The position numbers and the translations under genes were made by a program. The notes beneath the pieces were generated by a model. It did not search any database. It worked only from the letters and a program-made list of their open reading frames with translations, and had not been told where the DNA came from. A stretch of 62,374 nt of DNA, filler included, from Basidiobolus ranarum (lineage: Eukaryota), in the NCBI GenBank assembly GCA_040143965.1. It is 19 parts of 19 records of this genome, joined end to end, with 100 filler letters (N's around TTAATTAATTAA, not from the genome) between each part and the next. Parts side by side here need not be neighbours in the genome. Positions count along the whole stretch, not along the records: positions 23,078 to 26,268 come from JASJQH010009539.1; positions 26,369 to 29,559 come from JASJQH010009540.1; positions 29,660 to 32,846 come from JASJQH010009541.1; positions 32,947 to 36,132 come from JASJQH010009542.1; positions 36,233 to 39,416 come from JASJQH010009543.1; 14 more parts are not named here. One strand, given 5' to 3'. This document shows positions 23,862 to 37,359 of the stretch, one piece after another (the first letter of the stretch is position 1; each line of letters begins with the position of its first letter).

Positions 23862-25975
23862 GTTGGTATATACCCATGTGGATAGCTAAAATTGAAAGAT
23901 GCCAATATCAACAGACATCAAAAACTTCAAGTCAAGCTGCCATGGCCCGATTTTCTAGGTCAGAGTATATCTTTCAACAAACTCAAGTCTTTCTAATAGT
24001 TCCTGGTAGTGGAAAATGTTTAGGTTACAAATACAAATGCATTGGATTGGATTTATTTGCTTCCATCAACATTATGATATATCCCCTTAATGTGATATTC
24101 AAATAGGGCAGAAAACATGCCAAGCATGAGATGTCAATATTTAGATACTTCCGATATTTGAATAAAAACAAGTGTGAACATATCAGCTGTTACCTGGTTT
24201 ACATTCACAGAAGTAAAGATAACTATTTTTTTATTACCATCATCCAACCGGATGACCTTGAAGCATGTTATTCATTAAAAGGATTCGCACATAAATGCCA
24301 ACGAAGCTATATTAACTATTACGAATCTAAAGTGAAACTGACGACTACCAAAACCCATTTACATGCATTAAATTGAAAGCTTGGCCAAGAACCCTAACTC
24401 TACATGGAAACTAACCGTAAGAGAATCATGATAAATGAAGATCACAACTCACCTTATTGTTGCGTAGATCGTATCCACATACTCATTAGCCAGGTGGTTC
24501 CTAGAGTAACCAAAACTCAATGTTCATGTGTGGATTTTGTGAATCTAACCACTAGACCTGCCAAGAGTATATTAGCCAGTAACATTTCTGGACCTCAAAT
24601 GTGGTGGTAATGTGCGTGTACCGTTTAGTTGCGCCGTGATGATTTTGATAGGATGGGAAAACAAAATTTCGACAAGATGGTTTACTTCCTGGATGATATG
24701 GTGATTTGTTTCACTATCGATTCCTGAACGAGCAAGGTCACAACCGGCTACGCTCCATGATCTGGTCATATTCTATGTGTCCCAGGTAAGTGATCCAGTA
24801 GTACAACAAGGGTTACCTGCATGATCGTAGTACTAATCCGCTTCAGTTGAGTTGGTTTCCGTTTCTCATCAACCCTCTAACGAAGTCATCATGGCATCAT
24901 TGTAGCTGAAGTGAGACCTATGTCTGCTCTATGAAGCACTGCTACAACCAAATCGCTCTCTATCTATCCTCATATACTCCTTCAATATGCTGCATTTGCG
25001 ATTTCATTTCTTCCAAAATAGTTAACAATGTTGTTTCATTTGATGAACAGGTAAATCTAGGGCTTCACAACACATACCGCAATTTGTTGAACGATACTAT
25101 GAATATTTCCTATTATACTGTAGAGTCGACTCGAACCACTGACCGTGATCTAGCCGATCTCACCGGTCCTCGATGGCGTTGCCACCGATCACGATCATCC
25201 AATCATTCGAGTGTTGCTCTTTTTAGTGATCAGGCGGAGCGCACTCGTTCACTTTCAAAGGATATATCCACTAATAGAGATTGAATTAATACAAAAATTC
25301 GAATTTCCTTAATAGTATCAATTGAATAGAAGCCGTTCCATTCCCTGATAAATAATTACCCTTATCCTTCCCCAATCTTAGGATTCTTCCATCTTTCTTA
25401 GGTACTCCAGTAATTTCCCTTGTTCGCTTGATCAAATCATCCTCACTTTCTCACCATTCCCACTCCAAGCGAAGCTCTGGGGAATATCACCTGATTCCCC
25501 TTTGGACACGACCTGATTGGATTTCCAGGTTATTTTTAAAATCCACTGGCAAGTGCAGCTTCGCAAATTCCGTATAACCAAATCCTAATTGCCTCCCCCA
25601 CCATTTTTTGAGCCAGTGGCCCCAACTGCATCGACCTATTTGGATCATCAAAAATCTTTATTTTTGAATATTAAGAAATGATCATGTGATATGGTAATTT
25701 CTGTACAAAAAAACGTGAAAAGGTTGAGTAGTGAAAGGGGCAAAGGCCAGTAATAAATCCCTTTTACATATGGAAACAAATAAAGTGTTGTCGGGATGAG
25801 ATGAGTTAATATTAAAATCACATTAGCAGTAGTATATTCCGGGGGAATGAATAGGGTGAAAGCGTCTGAGTTACTACAAAAGAATCCAGGTAGGCTGTTT
25901 GAGGAGAATGATCAATTATATAACAAATCGTAGAAACAAATAAAGGTGTGTTAGGTTGCTGTATGTTCAATGAAG

Positions 25976-26268
25976 TTACCTGGATCCACGTGAGTTGGAA
26001 CTACTCTCGCTATCCGGTTCACTTTGAGCTGCTGAAAGATTAACCGACGAAAGTCGGGCGAGCTGACTAGGTGAATGATATCCTAGTTTTTCGATCGATG
26101 TGTTGGAAGAGCCGTGGTTCGATAATCCAGTCAAGGCATTGCTAGTCTTACGACGCTTTTCACGTTCAAAGTCTGACCACTTTTTCATAGTAATCTGGCT
26201 GGCATCGAATTCACCTTCTTTGGTGGAGTGGTCACCCCCCCCCGCAGTTTCCCCGGCAACAAATCTGG
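25976..26268 (-). CDS. Class IV (Chs3-like) chitin synthase, C-terminal fragment
   Basis: Frame is open from the contig end: RFVAGETAGGGDHSTKEGEFDASQITMKKWSDFERE, resembling the EGEFDSSxITMKRWxDFER tail of class IV chitin synthases. Confidence 0.75.
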
Positions 26269-27190
26269 NNNNNNNNNNNNNNNNNNNNNNNNNNNNNNNN
26301 NNNNNNNNNNNNTTAATTAATTAANNNNNNNNNNNNNNNNNNNNNNNNNNNNNNNNNNNNNNNNNNNNTTGCATTGTGGCTGGTTCAATTCGATTGAGGG
26401 ATTATCGCGGTGAATCAACGCCTTATATACTTATTCTTTGCCTTTGTTCAGAGTATGGTTTTGTGTAACCGCCAAGTTTACAGGGTCTTCGTTGCTTTTC
26501 CTCTTACTTCGCCACACTCCCTAAATGATAGCCAACTGTAAGACCTACTGCGAGCTGTTGACATCGTGATCTCTGTTACAACTTACTAAATAAGCATTGA
26601 TGATTTCCGGCTTAGCCATTCATGTTATGGTATTCCATATTATTTCATATAATCAGAACATGTGCACCATTCGAATGTTTGGTGATTTACTAAACAGTGT
26701 TTCAGAAAAACCCCTCATTTATTTGCTCATTTTTAGCAATATACTAACGGAAAATCTGGTCAAGACGGCGATCCGACGTTATGTTCTAAAAGGGCCTGCT
26801 AAATATGTACTTAATTTTCAACTTGTCAATCCAGTGCGTGATATAGGCAACTATATGTTTTGCTTAGTTTCAAAAGAGATTTCTGCTGATTCCCCATTGG
26901 ATAAGTAAAGAATGATGGGTAGGAATTTCTACCTTATGAAATCACTGATATCACATAATATATCTCATCAAGAGATTAAGGTTTGCATTCGTGAAAATCA
27001 AAGAGTTATTAATATTATTTAATAAAGGTACTTTGGAGAAGCAATATATTGGCAGAATTTTGCAGGATAGGTCACCATAGAGCTTGCGCATGGCTGAACT
27101 TGGACGTGAGCACTAACTATCAATTCATAACCGCTTATACTAAAGTGAAAGTGAGATATTGTCAAACATCAATTTGACATATCGAAGAAA

Positions 27191-27256
27191 GCGCCCCAAT
27201 AGTCTAGTGGATAAAGTATTGACTTAGAGTCACGAGTTCGACCACTGCCTCCGCCC
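27191..27256 (+). pseudogene. tRNA-like remnant (tRNA pseudogene or SINE head)
   Basis: A-box-like TAGTCTAGTGG (27200) and B-box-like GAGTTCGACC (27234). The acceptor stem does not pair and the spacing is short. Confidence 0.35.
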
Positions 27257-29085
27257 AAGTGGAACTGACATCAGTAGCGAATTTCATAGGATTGTTGACT
27301 TGCTGTAGTCGGTATTTGGCATGATTGCCAATTTAAATGAATTCTAACCTGTGGTTTTCTGTCAATGATTTCTATTTGCATCCTACTCTTACCATTTTCG
27401 CGACACATACTTTGCAAAGATGGTCTAATTCCTCATATTATTGCGGAATGCCGAGTGACAAGCTGACATGTAACGTATTAATTCAATATACTCTCTGTCG
27501 TGGATGTAGTTTAGCCATCTCTGACAGATAAAATACTGTGAAACATTTACTAATATCACTTATCCAGTCCCTCTGTTTCAAACTACTTTACAACAAAAAA
27601 GTGAATACATGGCTCTTATTCCGCAATAAGGGGGGACATCCTTTGCTTAGTTATGAAAATATATATCTTGCTTAAAGAAAGTATGACACCATGGGCTAAA
27701 CATCTATTTCTATCGCTTTAATCTTACGTTACATACGTAGCGTAATCTATGAAGTTACATTTATTTCGTGCATCATTGATAGTTGTAGATATTTCGCTTT
27801 GCTAACAATAGAGTGCCGTTAAAGGTTCAAAATATACATATTCCACAATGAAGTTAGTAAGCGACTTATCCTTGAATTATTGCTATGATTAATATCCGTG
27901 TATATTTCTGGAAATTTCGACATTATTTTTCGCTTATTTATTATCATATTTATCGCCGCTACCCCCACCGTCGTACTTTTCCTCTTCCATGGTCATGCTT
28001 CTCTCATCAAATTGACGGTTATCAACATCATTATGAAACTACCACTGCGCATATTTGTTCTTCCAATGCCGTCATCCACGGACTACTCTCTTACAATAGC
28101 AGCCACATAAATGTGAAAGTACACCGACATCCATAACAAGAGTAGCACAAAGATGATACGGTGTTGACCGTTTGAGTAGTTGATTATTGATACGATTAAA
28201 GAAAGAACTGGTTACAATATGGTGATTAATTTTGTAGTCAAAAAATTTTCAATCCATATTGGTAAAGTCGGATTCAAATGATAAATATGGTCGATTCAAA
28301 AAATACCCTCTTGATGGGCTGCTTGACTAGAATGATCAAAAATAATATACAAGCTGTCAGGGTTTCAGAAGTAGTTGGAATGATCAACCAGCAAGATCGT
28401 CACACTCGCTTCCTATATTAGTGTAGAACCCTAATTTAGTTAATTCCAAATTAGGCAGGTATTCAGTCCTGCTTATCCCTAGAATGGCTGAACATAATTT
28501 GATCGGCACGACCAAAGTCACAACTCAATTCGGTCACATGATAGCGCCTTTTAAGTCATTATCAATCTACGAACATGCAACAGCAAAAGTAAAAGTGCTA
28601 AGTAGTTGCGGCCACGTTAAATCTAGACGGTATAGTTTTTCTTCTATTCTCCGTAGAAATCACTAGAAATCACTCAACCTTTCTGCTGATTGAGCTCACA
28701 TCACCTGACTTGATGAATATTTTATGTCGTAATAGGCCCAAAAGTAACTTACAAATGTTGAATCAGATGTCTTTTCCAGAAATAAAGAGGAGATAATTCA
28801 CTACCAATCTAGTATAGTAAGAGGCTCTTTTAGTAGAGCATGAGCAATCTGGGGAAATAAATTACCTATTTAAGCTTATATAAATTCAGTAATTCTTGAC
28901 AATTACTACATTTTCTCGAATCTGCTGATTCCGAAAGTAACCGAAGATGGATTATATTAGAAAGGATTGATCGAATTTCATCAATGCCAAACCATAGTAT
29001 AAATACACCTAAATATTTCAACAAACATCTCAGAAATCCAAAACACTCAATTTAAATATCTACTAAACGTAACGCTATATCAAAG

Positions 29086-29559
29086 ATGTTTGGCTGTTCT
29101 ACTAAAGAGGCAAAAGGGTCAACTGACTCATCACAAGCTGGGTTCTCTATCTATACAGTATTATGTGTTTCCATCGCTTGCCTGGTCTCATTCAATAATG
29201 GCTGGAATACCTCGGATACCAATATCATTCAGTCATCTATTATCAGTTGTGATAATCCCGATGAAAAAGTAAATGGATTCCCCAGTTGTTTTCCTATGAG
29301 TGACTGGATGTGGGGTTTTGCTGTGAGCAGCTTCTCTATCGGTGGAGCCTTTGGAGGTCTTTCTGCAGGCTGGGCCCAAGCCAAGTTTGGCCGTCGTAAC
29401 TCACTGCTATTCAACAATGTTTTCTTTATTATAGGGGCATTGCTTATTGGGCTCTCCAAGAACAAGGGAATGTGGATCGTTGGACGTCTATTCACTGGTA
29501 TTGGCTCAGGTTTTGGAACTGTTGTCCTCCCTACTTATATCGGTGAAGTATCCACTACC
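29086..29559 (+). CDS. MFS sugar porter (GLUT/SLC2-like), N-terminal part, 3' truncated
   Basis: FNNGWNTS, WGFAVSSFSIGG, KFGRRNSLL, GRLFTGIGSG..VLPTYIGEVS signatures. Confidence 0.92.
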
Positions 29560-29659
29560 NNNNNNNNNNNNNNNNNNNNNNNNNNNNNNNNNNNNNNNNN
29601 NNNTTAATTAATTAANNNNNNNNNNNNNNNNNNNNNNNNNNNNNNNNNNNNNNNNNNNN

Positions 29660-31148
29660 AATTTTGCATAGGTCCACACAAATCTGAATGAATTAGATCC
29701 AATTTTTTGACAGATTTGATTAAACCAGAGCTCTTGAACAGTTGCCTGGCTTGTTTTCCATATATACAACCCTCACAAATTTCCATTTTGGTTGGGGGGT
29801 TAATTTGAATTCCAGAAATTAGGCGATTTTTGATCATTTTGCTCAAATAATCAAATCCAATATGGCCAAATCTCTTATGCCATAATTGAATAGTTTCTTG
29901 ATTGGAATAACTTATATTTACACATAAACCTCTTGGATTATATGTAAGTTTGTATAAGTTCTGATCCTTTTCTCCCGAAGCTAAATAATTCCCATTTTGA
30001 TCAGTGATGGTGCATCCTGACTTATCAAAATTGAATTTTAGCCCTTCTGAGGTGGCCTTGCATACAGATATTAGATTCTTGGCAATATCTGGAACATGTA
30101 GTACATCCTTAAAAGTATATACTTTCTCTTCAGAAGCTCCAGTTAAATTGACTTGAATTGTTCCCATTCCAATAGCATCCAATGTGCGGTCATCTCCCAT
30201 GAAAACCTTTCTAATTGGGATTTCTTCATATTCCACAAACCAATGTTTTTCATTTGTGAAATGTTGGGAAGCTCCAGAATCAATATACCACGTCTGAGAA
30301 TCCTTGTTGGTAGTCATAGATAGAGCAGATATGAACAAGTGATCTTCTGTTGTAACCACATTTCCAGATTCAGTATGTTTTTCTTCTTTTGCAATTCTTT
30401 TAAAGCAATCTTTGCTTAAATGGCCAGTTCTTTTACAGTAATCACAGAATGTGTTACTTTTCTTCTTAAAGTGCTTTTGACCTTTATAGGAAGGTTTCCC
30501 ATAGCCTATTAAAGCATTTTCTTCATTCTTTTGGTTGAGTCCTGATTTGCATAAATCTTCATCCAGAAGTCTGCCAAATACATAATTTAAGGACAAATTT
30601 TCAGTTCTTGATTCTAGAGCCATTACTAGGCTCTGAAACTTGTGTGGCAGGCTATTCAGGACTGTAACTATGATATCTTGATCAGTGGTAGGTACTCCAA
30701 TGCATTCCATTTCATCCACTAAAATAGTGACTCTATTAATTAGTGATTTAATGTCTTCTCCTGGCTTCATCTTTAAGTTAAAGAATTGTCTTCTTAGAAA
30801 CATCTTGTTGGCAGCAGAACTTGTTTGGTAGGTGTCTTCCAAGGCTTTCCATACCTTCTTGGCAGTTTTAGCTCTTGAACATTGAATTAGCAATTTGTCT
30901 TTAACATTAAGACAAATTGTGTTAAAGGCACTTTGTTCTTTTTTAACCTGGAGTAAAACTTCGGTTTCAGATAGTTTTGCATTGTTTTCTTCTCCTACAA
31001 CAGTGTCCCAAAGTCCTTTTTCTTGCAGCAGCATTTTCATTTTAATTTTCCAAACTTGATAATTGGTTCCATCCAATTTTTCAGAAGAGGGAAAAGTTCC
31101 AGAAATTTGAGAAGTAGACATTACAGAGAGTGCAAGCTTGGGGCTCAT
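29660..31148 (-). CDS. Uninterrupted Ty1/Copia gag-protease-pre-integrase ORF (family C), truncated by contig end
   Basis: About 496 codons without a stop. KLDGTNYQVWK, zinc knuckle CDYCKRTGHLSKDC, protease WYIDSGASQH, LWHKRFGH...CEGC, LIHSDLCGPM. Confidence 0.96.
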
Positions 31149-31500
31149 AACCTGTTAAAGTATTTGGGAGCCTGTTGGAAGTGGTTTGGAGAATTAGAGG
31201 AATTGGTGGTTTTCACTTATTGATTTATTGAGTAGAAAGTTGACATTTATAGTTTTGTCAAGATGTAAACAAACTAACGTGTAGAATATGTTAAGGAAGG
31301 TCCCAGGAACATGTGTGCAAAGTTTGGGGCTTCTAGCACAAGTTTGAAAAATCTATATATCTGAGAACTTCTAAGTTGGTAAAAATATTCTAAGTAAATT
31401 CCAATTGAGAATAATTGATAATATCTTAGTGAATTATAAGATAACTAAGTACTAAGCTATATATGACTATATAGGTGTTTAGGCAATGCTAATTTCAACA
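31140..31500 (-). mobile_element. 5' LTR-C (31153-31500) and PBS (31140-31152)
   Basis: 348-bp LTR TGTTG...TAACA immediately followed by GGTTATGAGCCCC and gag. Confidence 0.93.
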
Positions 31501-32559
31501 AATGATAATCAAAAAATACAAGAATCTCATTGTGTTTAGTCTTTACATATGCACATACTTGACTGATTAGACATAACTCAACAACATTAATATGTTTTAC
31601 CAGCAAATAATGGTGGAAAAATTGCTAAACATCTGAAATATTGAATAGCACTGACACTTGGCAAATAGCTGACTCTTGTTACCATTCACAATGAGAATAA
31701 GCTCTTGGATTTTGGCAAATTTCCATAAAGAATTCAGCCAACATATCCCCAACTTGCAGTCAACAAATGTCTTGCCACAATTAGATGTGTCATTGCTTGA
31801 ATAGATTACCCCATGGCTAAGACAATAATACTGCATATCTTGATCTATCTCACCAAGAAGTGTGTCTTGCGGCTTTCCTATAAATACCCCTCGAATTATC
31901 ACAAACAAATTAGTCTGAATTATGGAGGTACTTACTCTGCGTCCATGGATTGGGCTTATGTATAGCAAGGGCCTATAATCTCTAAGCATTGTCAAAGATG
32001 CAACTGGGATTATATTGAATACCAGCATAGATTCAGTCAATCTTCTTTAAACCTATAATAAAGTTTTTCATATTCAACTACAAAATCTTTGCACAATTGC
32101 TATATCTGCCTGAGATCTGTCAATGTGAGTTGATGCTGGAAGAATATATTAACAACATTGACAAACAACTCCCAATGTTGCCTATACTTATCAGGCAGGA
32201 ATCTTTGCAAGATTCCACTTGAATATATACAAATCCAATACTTCCAGTCTTTGCATTTGAATGAATGCCTAGATGAGTGGATATTGATGGGAGTCCTGGT
32301 AAAGTATGATGGTATCTTGACATTTTCAAGCATTTTCCAAATTTATTCAAACTTTGATCCTATCTTGAATGGTTCATTCATATTGAATTTTCCACTATAT
32401 AGCTGAGTAAGTAGTATTGGAATGTTGTTGAATAGTAAGTGCATAGTGCCTAATGGGAAGCTCTGGCTCCAGCTGATCCCCTTCAGCAACATAATATCAG
32501 GCTTATGGCTAACACCAAGTTTGATGCTAGACTGACTATTTGGTGAAATGATATCAGTG
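31501..32559 (-). pseudogene. Decayed EnSpm/CACTA-type transposase, C-terminal part
   Basis: FKCKDWKYWICIYSSGILQRFLPDKYRQHWELFV, homologous to 38600-39416. Short related pieces at 9902-9995 and 37360-37500. Confidence 0.8.
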
Positions 32560-32846
32560 TGTCACAATAAGGAACTGGACAATGACTGGGAACAACAATA
32601 AGAGGCCAAAAGGCAGGAGAGGACTTGGGTGAGATCACAAGACAAGAAAAGACAGGACAAGACAGGACAACAAAGATACTTTGGGATGAATCTTTATTGA
32701 TAACTGGTGTTGATCAGACTGATGTCTGATCAAGAAATACGTGGGGCTTATATAGTTATTGCAAGGTAAAACATAATATACTGAATAGGGAATATACTGT
32801 GGCAAGTTTGAGAGTTGGGGTGTTAGGGACTACAAGGCCCAATACA
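32560..32846. repeat. Fourth LTR-like repeat (family D); second copy at 38190-38285
   Basis: Both copies start at the same base, TGTCACAATAAGGAACTGGACAA. GACAA/GACAG-rich, with AATAAA on the minus strand. Internal domain not seen. Confidence 0.6.
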
Positions 32847-33260
32847 NNNNNNNNNNNNNNNNNNNNNNNNNNNNNNNNNNNNNNNNNNNNTTAATTAATT
32901 AANNNNNNNNNNNNNNNNNNNNNNNNNNNNNNNNNNNNNNNNNNNNGTTAAATCCACCAATCAGCTGTAACCAATCACTGGGGCCCAGTATTAGCCTGAA
33001 ATTAAGTGTAGCTCGAGCTTGAGCTAAAATTAATCACAGAAAAGTTGGGTCATGGTGGCCAATCATACCGCAAGTTATAGAGGTGAATACTCGCCCTTGT
33101 GGTTAAGATTTATGTACTGAGGGTTAGTTTGGAAATGCTGCTTTATCGCTAGCTCTAATATTCCTTTTATTCATCACATCATTCGGCCCTTGCCTCTGTG
33201 GTGCTACTTCCGCTTACTGCCGATTGGATAGGACGTTATTTTGACTTGAAATAAAAGCCA

Positions 33261-34260
33261 ATGTTCAAACAACTCCATCCGGCCAGTATCGAATTTTCAA
33301 GCATGCTTACCCACCTCCCTATCTCCCAAGGTAAATTTTGACGTATTAGGGTTTAGAGTCACAATTTCAGAGTCTTACCTATGTTCTCTTAATATATTTT
33401 AGATGACAGACTAGCTGATATGCTCAGCAGAAATAAGGAATGGGCGAAGAAAGTTCAATCTGAACAACCTAGATTCTTCACCACTTCTGCCAAGGGACAG
33501 AGCCCCAAGATCCTTTGGATAGGCTGCTCTGACTCTAGAGTTCCCGCTGAACAGATTGTACAGTGTGGTATGTGTGGATACTTTGAGTGTACATTCTGAT
33601 TCACATATACTGACGTTCTTTTTACAACAGCCCCGGGAGATCTTTTTGTTCACCGAAATATCGCCAACTTATGTCCTCATACAGATATGAACTGTTTGTC
33701 GGTGCTTCAGTATGCTGTGGATGTTCTCCAAGTAGAACATATTATTGTTTGTGGTATGTATAAGGATACCATTATTTTTGGCCATTTTCATAATCATTAA
33801 TTCATTTCAAAAGGGCATTATGGCTGTGGTGGCGTTCAAGCAGCTACCGCAAACCAATTCTACGGATTGATTGACTCTTGGTTGTGCAACATTAAAGATG
33901 TCTATCGAGGTAAATGGAATACTTTTTCTGAAATTTCTCGACATATTACTTAACCTATCCCCTCAATATTTAGCCAATAGAGAGCATCTTGAAGCAGTGG
34001 AAGATATCACCTCCAGACAAGAGCTTTTGGTTGAACTGAATGTTAGTAACACCGTGCATAATATATGTCACAGCCCCGTGGTTCAAGGAGCTTGGGAACG
34101 CAAGCAAAAGTTGTCGGTGCATGCTTGGTGCTATGGATTAGAAGATGGCTTAATTCGTGAGTTAGGCCTAGTTATTTCTGAACAAGAGGAAGTAGAGGCA
34201 GTTTACAAGATGGCCGTTATGGAAAAGACAGTTAGTACTAAAGCCAGTGAGACCCATTGA
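33261..34260 (+). CDS. NCE103: Beta-class carbonic anhydrase (Nce103-like), 5 exons; start at 33261 or 33303
   Basis: Introns 33331-33402, 33568-33630, 33754-33813 and 33910-33973 give [26 protein letters not shown] and VCGHYGCGG zinc-site motifs. Confidence 0.93.
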
Positions 34261-35718
34261 TTTCTTAGTCAATAATATACCTGTAATTTATACCATTCCC
34301 ATGTTCAGAGCACCTGGTGCCACATTATTCCTCACATTATGCATAGTTCTTCACTTTTTAAACAACTTATCATTTGGACCCATATGATATATAAACAATT
34401 GATGACCATTGATACTCATGGGTGTAAATTTGTTGGTCCTCACTTCTCAAATGGGAAGATGGGATGGTTCATTTATACAAACGCTCCTAAGAAGCATCGT
34501 AAAGCACAAATATCAATTGATGCAAGCTAGGCTCTATGTATTACCTATCAATTGTTAAAACCTTATATAGAGAGTTCCGCACTTGATGAGTCTTTGAGCA
34601 GTAAACTCAACAATGCCGGAGTAGGATAGCGCAAATCTCTGAATCGATCCTGAGTTCGTTTTGTTAAACAGTATTAAAGCTCATGGCCCATCTTGGCACA
34701 CATGTCCCAATGTATCAGTAATTCCCATATCATCGTACAGAATGAGATAAGCTGGAATCAGATATTAAATTCATATGTTGTGTAATCGCTTACCATTTAC
34801 GGATGTCTCCTGGTAGTAAGAACCTTCTGTATCCAACTACCCGACTCAGGAAGGCTAAAAATTCGAAAACATGATAAGCTCTAAACAATATATAGTCTGC
34901 ACCTCTATCCTGATATATCTCTAACATGCTTCCTCTAGAGCTGCTATATCTATTTTGCGTATAGGTAACACATTACTGAAGATACCGATTCTACGTTGCT
35001 TTCGGTTCCTCCTGACAGCCTTTTACTTGAATTGAACAACTCTAGCATAGATGACTCGCCAATTGCTAGTTCGAACAAGTAATAGCCTACGGACAGGGGG
35101 GATATTTGTGTAAATCCAGAAGAATTCATTCACAAATATCCTAAAGCAGTAACATCTCGCTCTATACGAAATATGGCTTCCTGGCATCCCTACGAGTATA
35201 TAGTTTACGCTATTGAGACACCATATTGAGCGCTAAGCATATGCAGCATGCACCAATATGTGATGATCCGAGTCAAATATACCATAATCACTAGTAGTAT
35301 AAATGTACCATAAACGGAATGTAAAAGCACATAGGGTTAGGATCATCTTGAACTTTCATATGATAGCCGATCGTTTCCTCTTCCCAAATTAGAAATTCCT
35401 AGCAGTTGGAATAAACCCTCGACTTTACTATGGCCATGCCCAAGGCTGCTAAAGCGTAAGTACATGTAGCTGATCAATTGTGACTCTATCACGATCTTGG
35501 TGAAATAGTCATACAAAATCCCATTGCAGATTCGTCAGAGATTAGAAAGGAGATCTACCGTTGGATCATATGCTAATGGTAATGGCATAGCCCTATGAAA
35601 TTTGGTCACTAATCATCTCAATGACTTGACTACCATAGGCTTTTTTAAAGATTCAACTGTCCGTGTCTACCAACCTTCCTCCTTCGATTAAGCACCATCT
35701 ATCTGAAAGCTGCCCACT

Positions 35719-36132
35719 ATGAATTACATTCCAGTGTTTGGTCGTTTACACTTTTCTGATTATCTCCGCATCATCTTGACTTTTCTATTCTTCATTTCCG
35801 AATCGACCTGCGCCTCTTTTTTCACGTTTATTCGCTGATCTTTGATACTAAAAAAAGGTTAATACTATTTCATACTCCTCGTCCTCATGACTCTATCGGA
35901 TTCTCACTTCTTGACATCTCCCCATTGAAAACGCAGTAATGACAATGACAATGAAATAAATTCTGAAAAGAAAACCAACATACAAAACCTTGAGAGTTTT
36001 GGTTCCATTTCCTCTTACTGGTAAGTGTACACTCCCTTTATTCTGAAGGAAACTTTCTTACTTTCTTATTCTAGGGGTTATCCTTATGAGGAGCATGTCG
36101 TTAAAACTCAGGATGGCTATCTCTTAGGGACA
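35719..36132 (+). CDS. TGL1-like sterol esterase/lipase, N-terminal part; apparent 1-nt frameshift near 35807; 3' truncated
   Basis: MNYIPVFGRLHFSDY resembles the Tgl1 N-terminus. After two GT-AG introns it reads W|GYPYEEHVVKTQDGYLL (abhydrolase-associated lipase motif). Confidence 0.8.
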
Positions 36133-36232
36133 NNNNNNNNNNNNNNNNNNNNNNNNNNNNNNNNNNNNNNNNNNNNTTAATTAATTAANNNNNNNNNNNN
36201 NNNNNNNNNNNNNNNNNNNNNNNNNNNNNNNN

Positions 36233-37359
36233 GCAATCTTTTATCTGGTGTCCTGGTTTGTTACAACCATAGCATAAACCTGGTTTCCTTCTTTTGTAAC
36301 CTTTGTACTTGCCAAAGCTACGTTTTCCAGCTCCAAAAAGAGCCACTTCCTCAGATTCTTTTTCCAAATTCTTACTTCTGAGATGTTGATCCATTAGCCT
36401 TGCTACCACAAACTCCAAAGACAACTTGTCAGATCTTGCTTCCAAAGCTGTGACCAAGTTTGAATACTGTTCTGGTAGACTACTTAGAAGAGTCATAATG
36501 ACATCTTCTTCCTGTAAAGTTGCACCAATATTTTCCAGTTGTTTTGCCAAAGATCTCACATTTGCAATATGAGTAACCATGCTTTCAGACTTTTCCATCT
36601 TTATATTGAAGAATTTTCATCTGAGAAAGAGTCTATTAGCAAGACTCTTTGCTTCATAACACTCTTCCAATATAGTCCAAGCTTGATGGGAAGTCTTTGC
36701 ATATTGAATATTCACAAGTTGTGAATCCTTCAAACTTTGACATATGACATTAAAGAACTTCTTGTCTCTTTTCTTGTAGGCTTCCAATAAAGAAGGGTCA
36801 GAAGGTTCCTTTTCATCTCCAGAGACTACATCCAAAAGCTCCCTGTCCTCCAGCATGATTTGCATCTTGAACTTCCAGAAATTGTAATTTTCTCCATCAA
36901 GTTTTTCAACACTTGTGTTCATAAAAGTGATAGTAGTGGTTTCAGTCATGCTGTAAGGGTTAGAACACGGGGCTCATAACCTATTGGGAAAGTATGGGCT
37001 GTTTGCAGGAACTATAGAAAAGTGGAGTTGTGAATAACTTTGTGAGATAATTGTTTATTGTCCAGAAATAAAGCATTTATACATTTTAATGGAAATACAG
37101 AAAAGTAACACTGGGGTTGTGTTCAGAACATCTGTGGGAGTAAAATGAGCTATCTTTGGGGAAATTTTGATGAGTTTGAAATTTCCAATATGGAATTGCT
37201 AATTCTCAAATTATTCACATATATATATAATATATGTTATGATTTTCAGCTCAGTGATATTTGACTAAGTAATGTTAACTAACTTATATGTGATATATGA
37301 AATAGCTAGGAGTATAAAGATAGAGATAAGAAATATGATAAAGATAATAAACTTGAACA
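36233..37359 (-). mobile_element. Copia family B 5' end: LTR-B (36982-37359), PBS, and gag with one premature stop
   Basis: LTR ends CCCAATA followed by GGTTATGAGCCCCG. Gag KLDGENYNFWK...FLR*KFF...CYGCNKPGHQIKDC. Confidence 0.93.
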
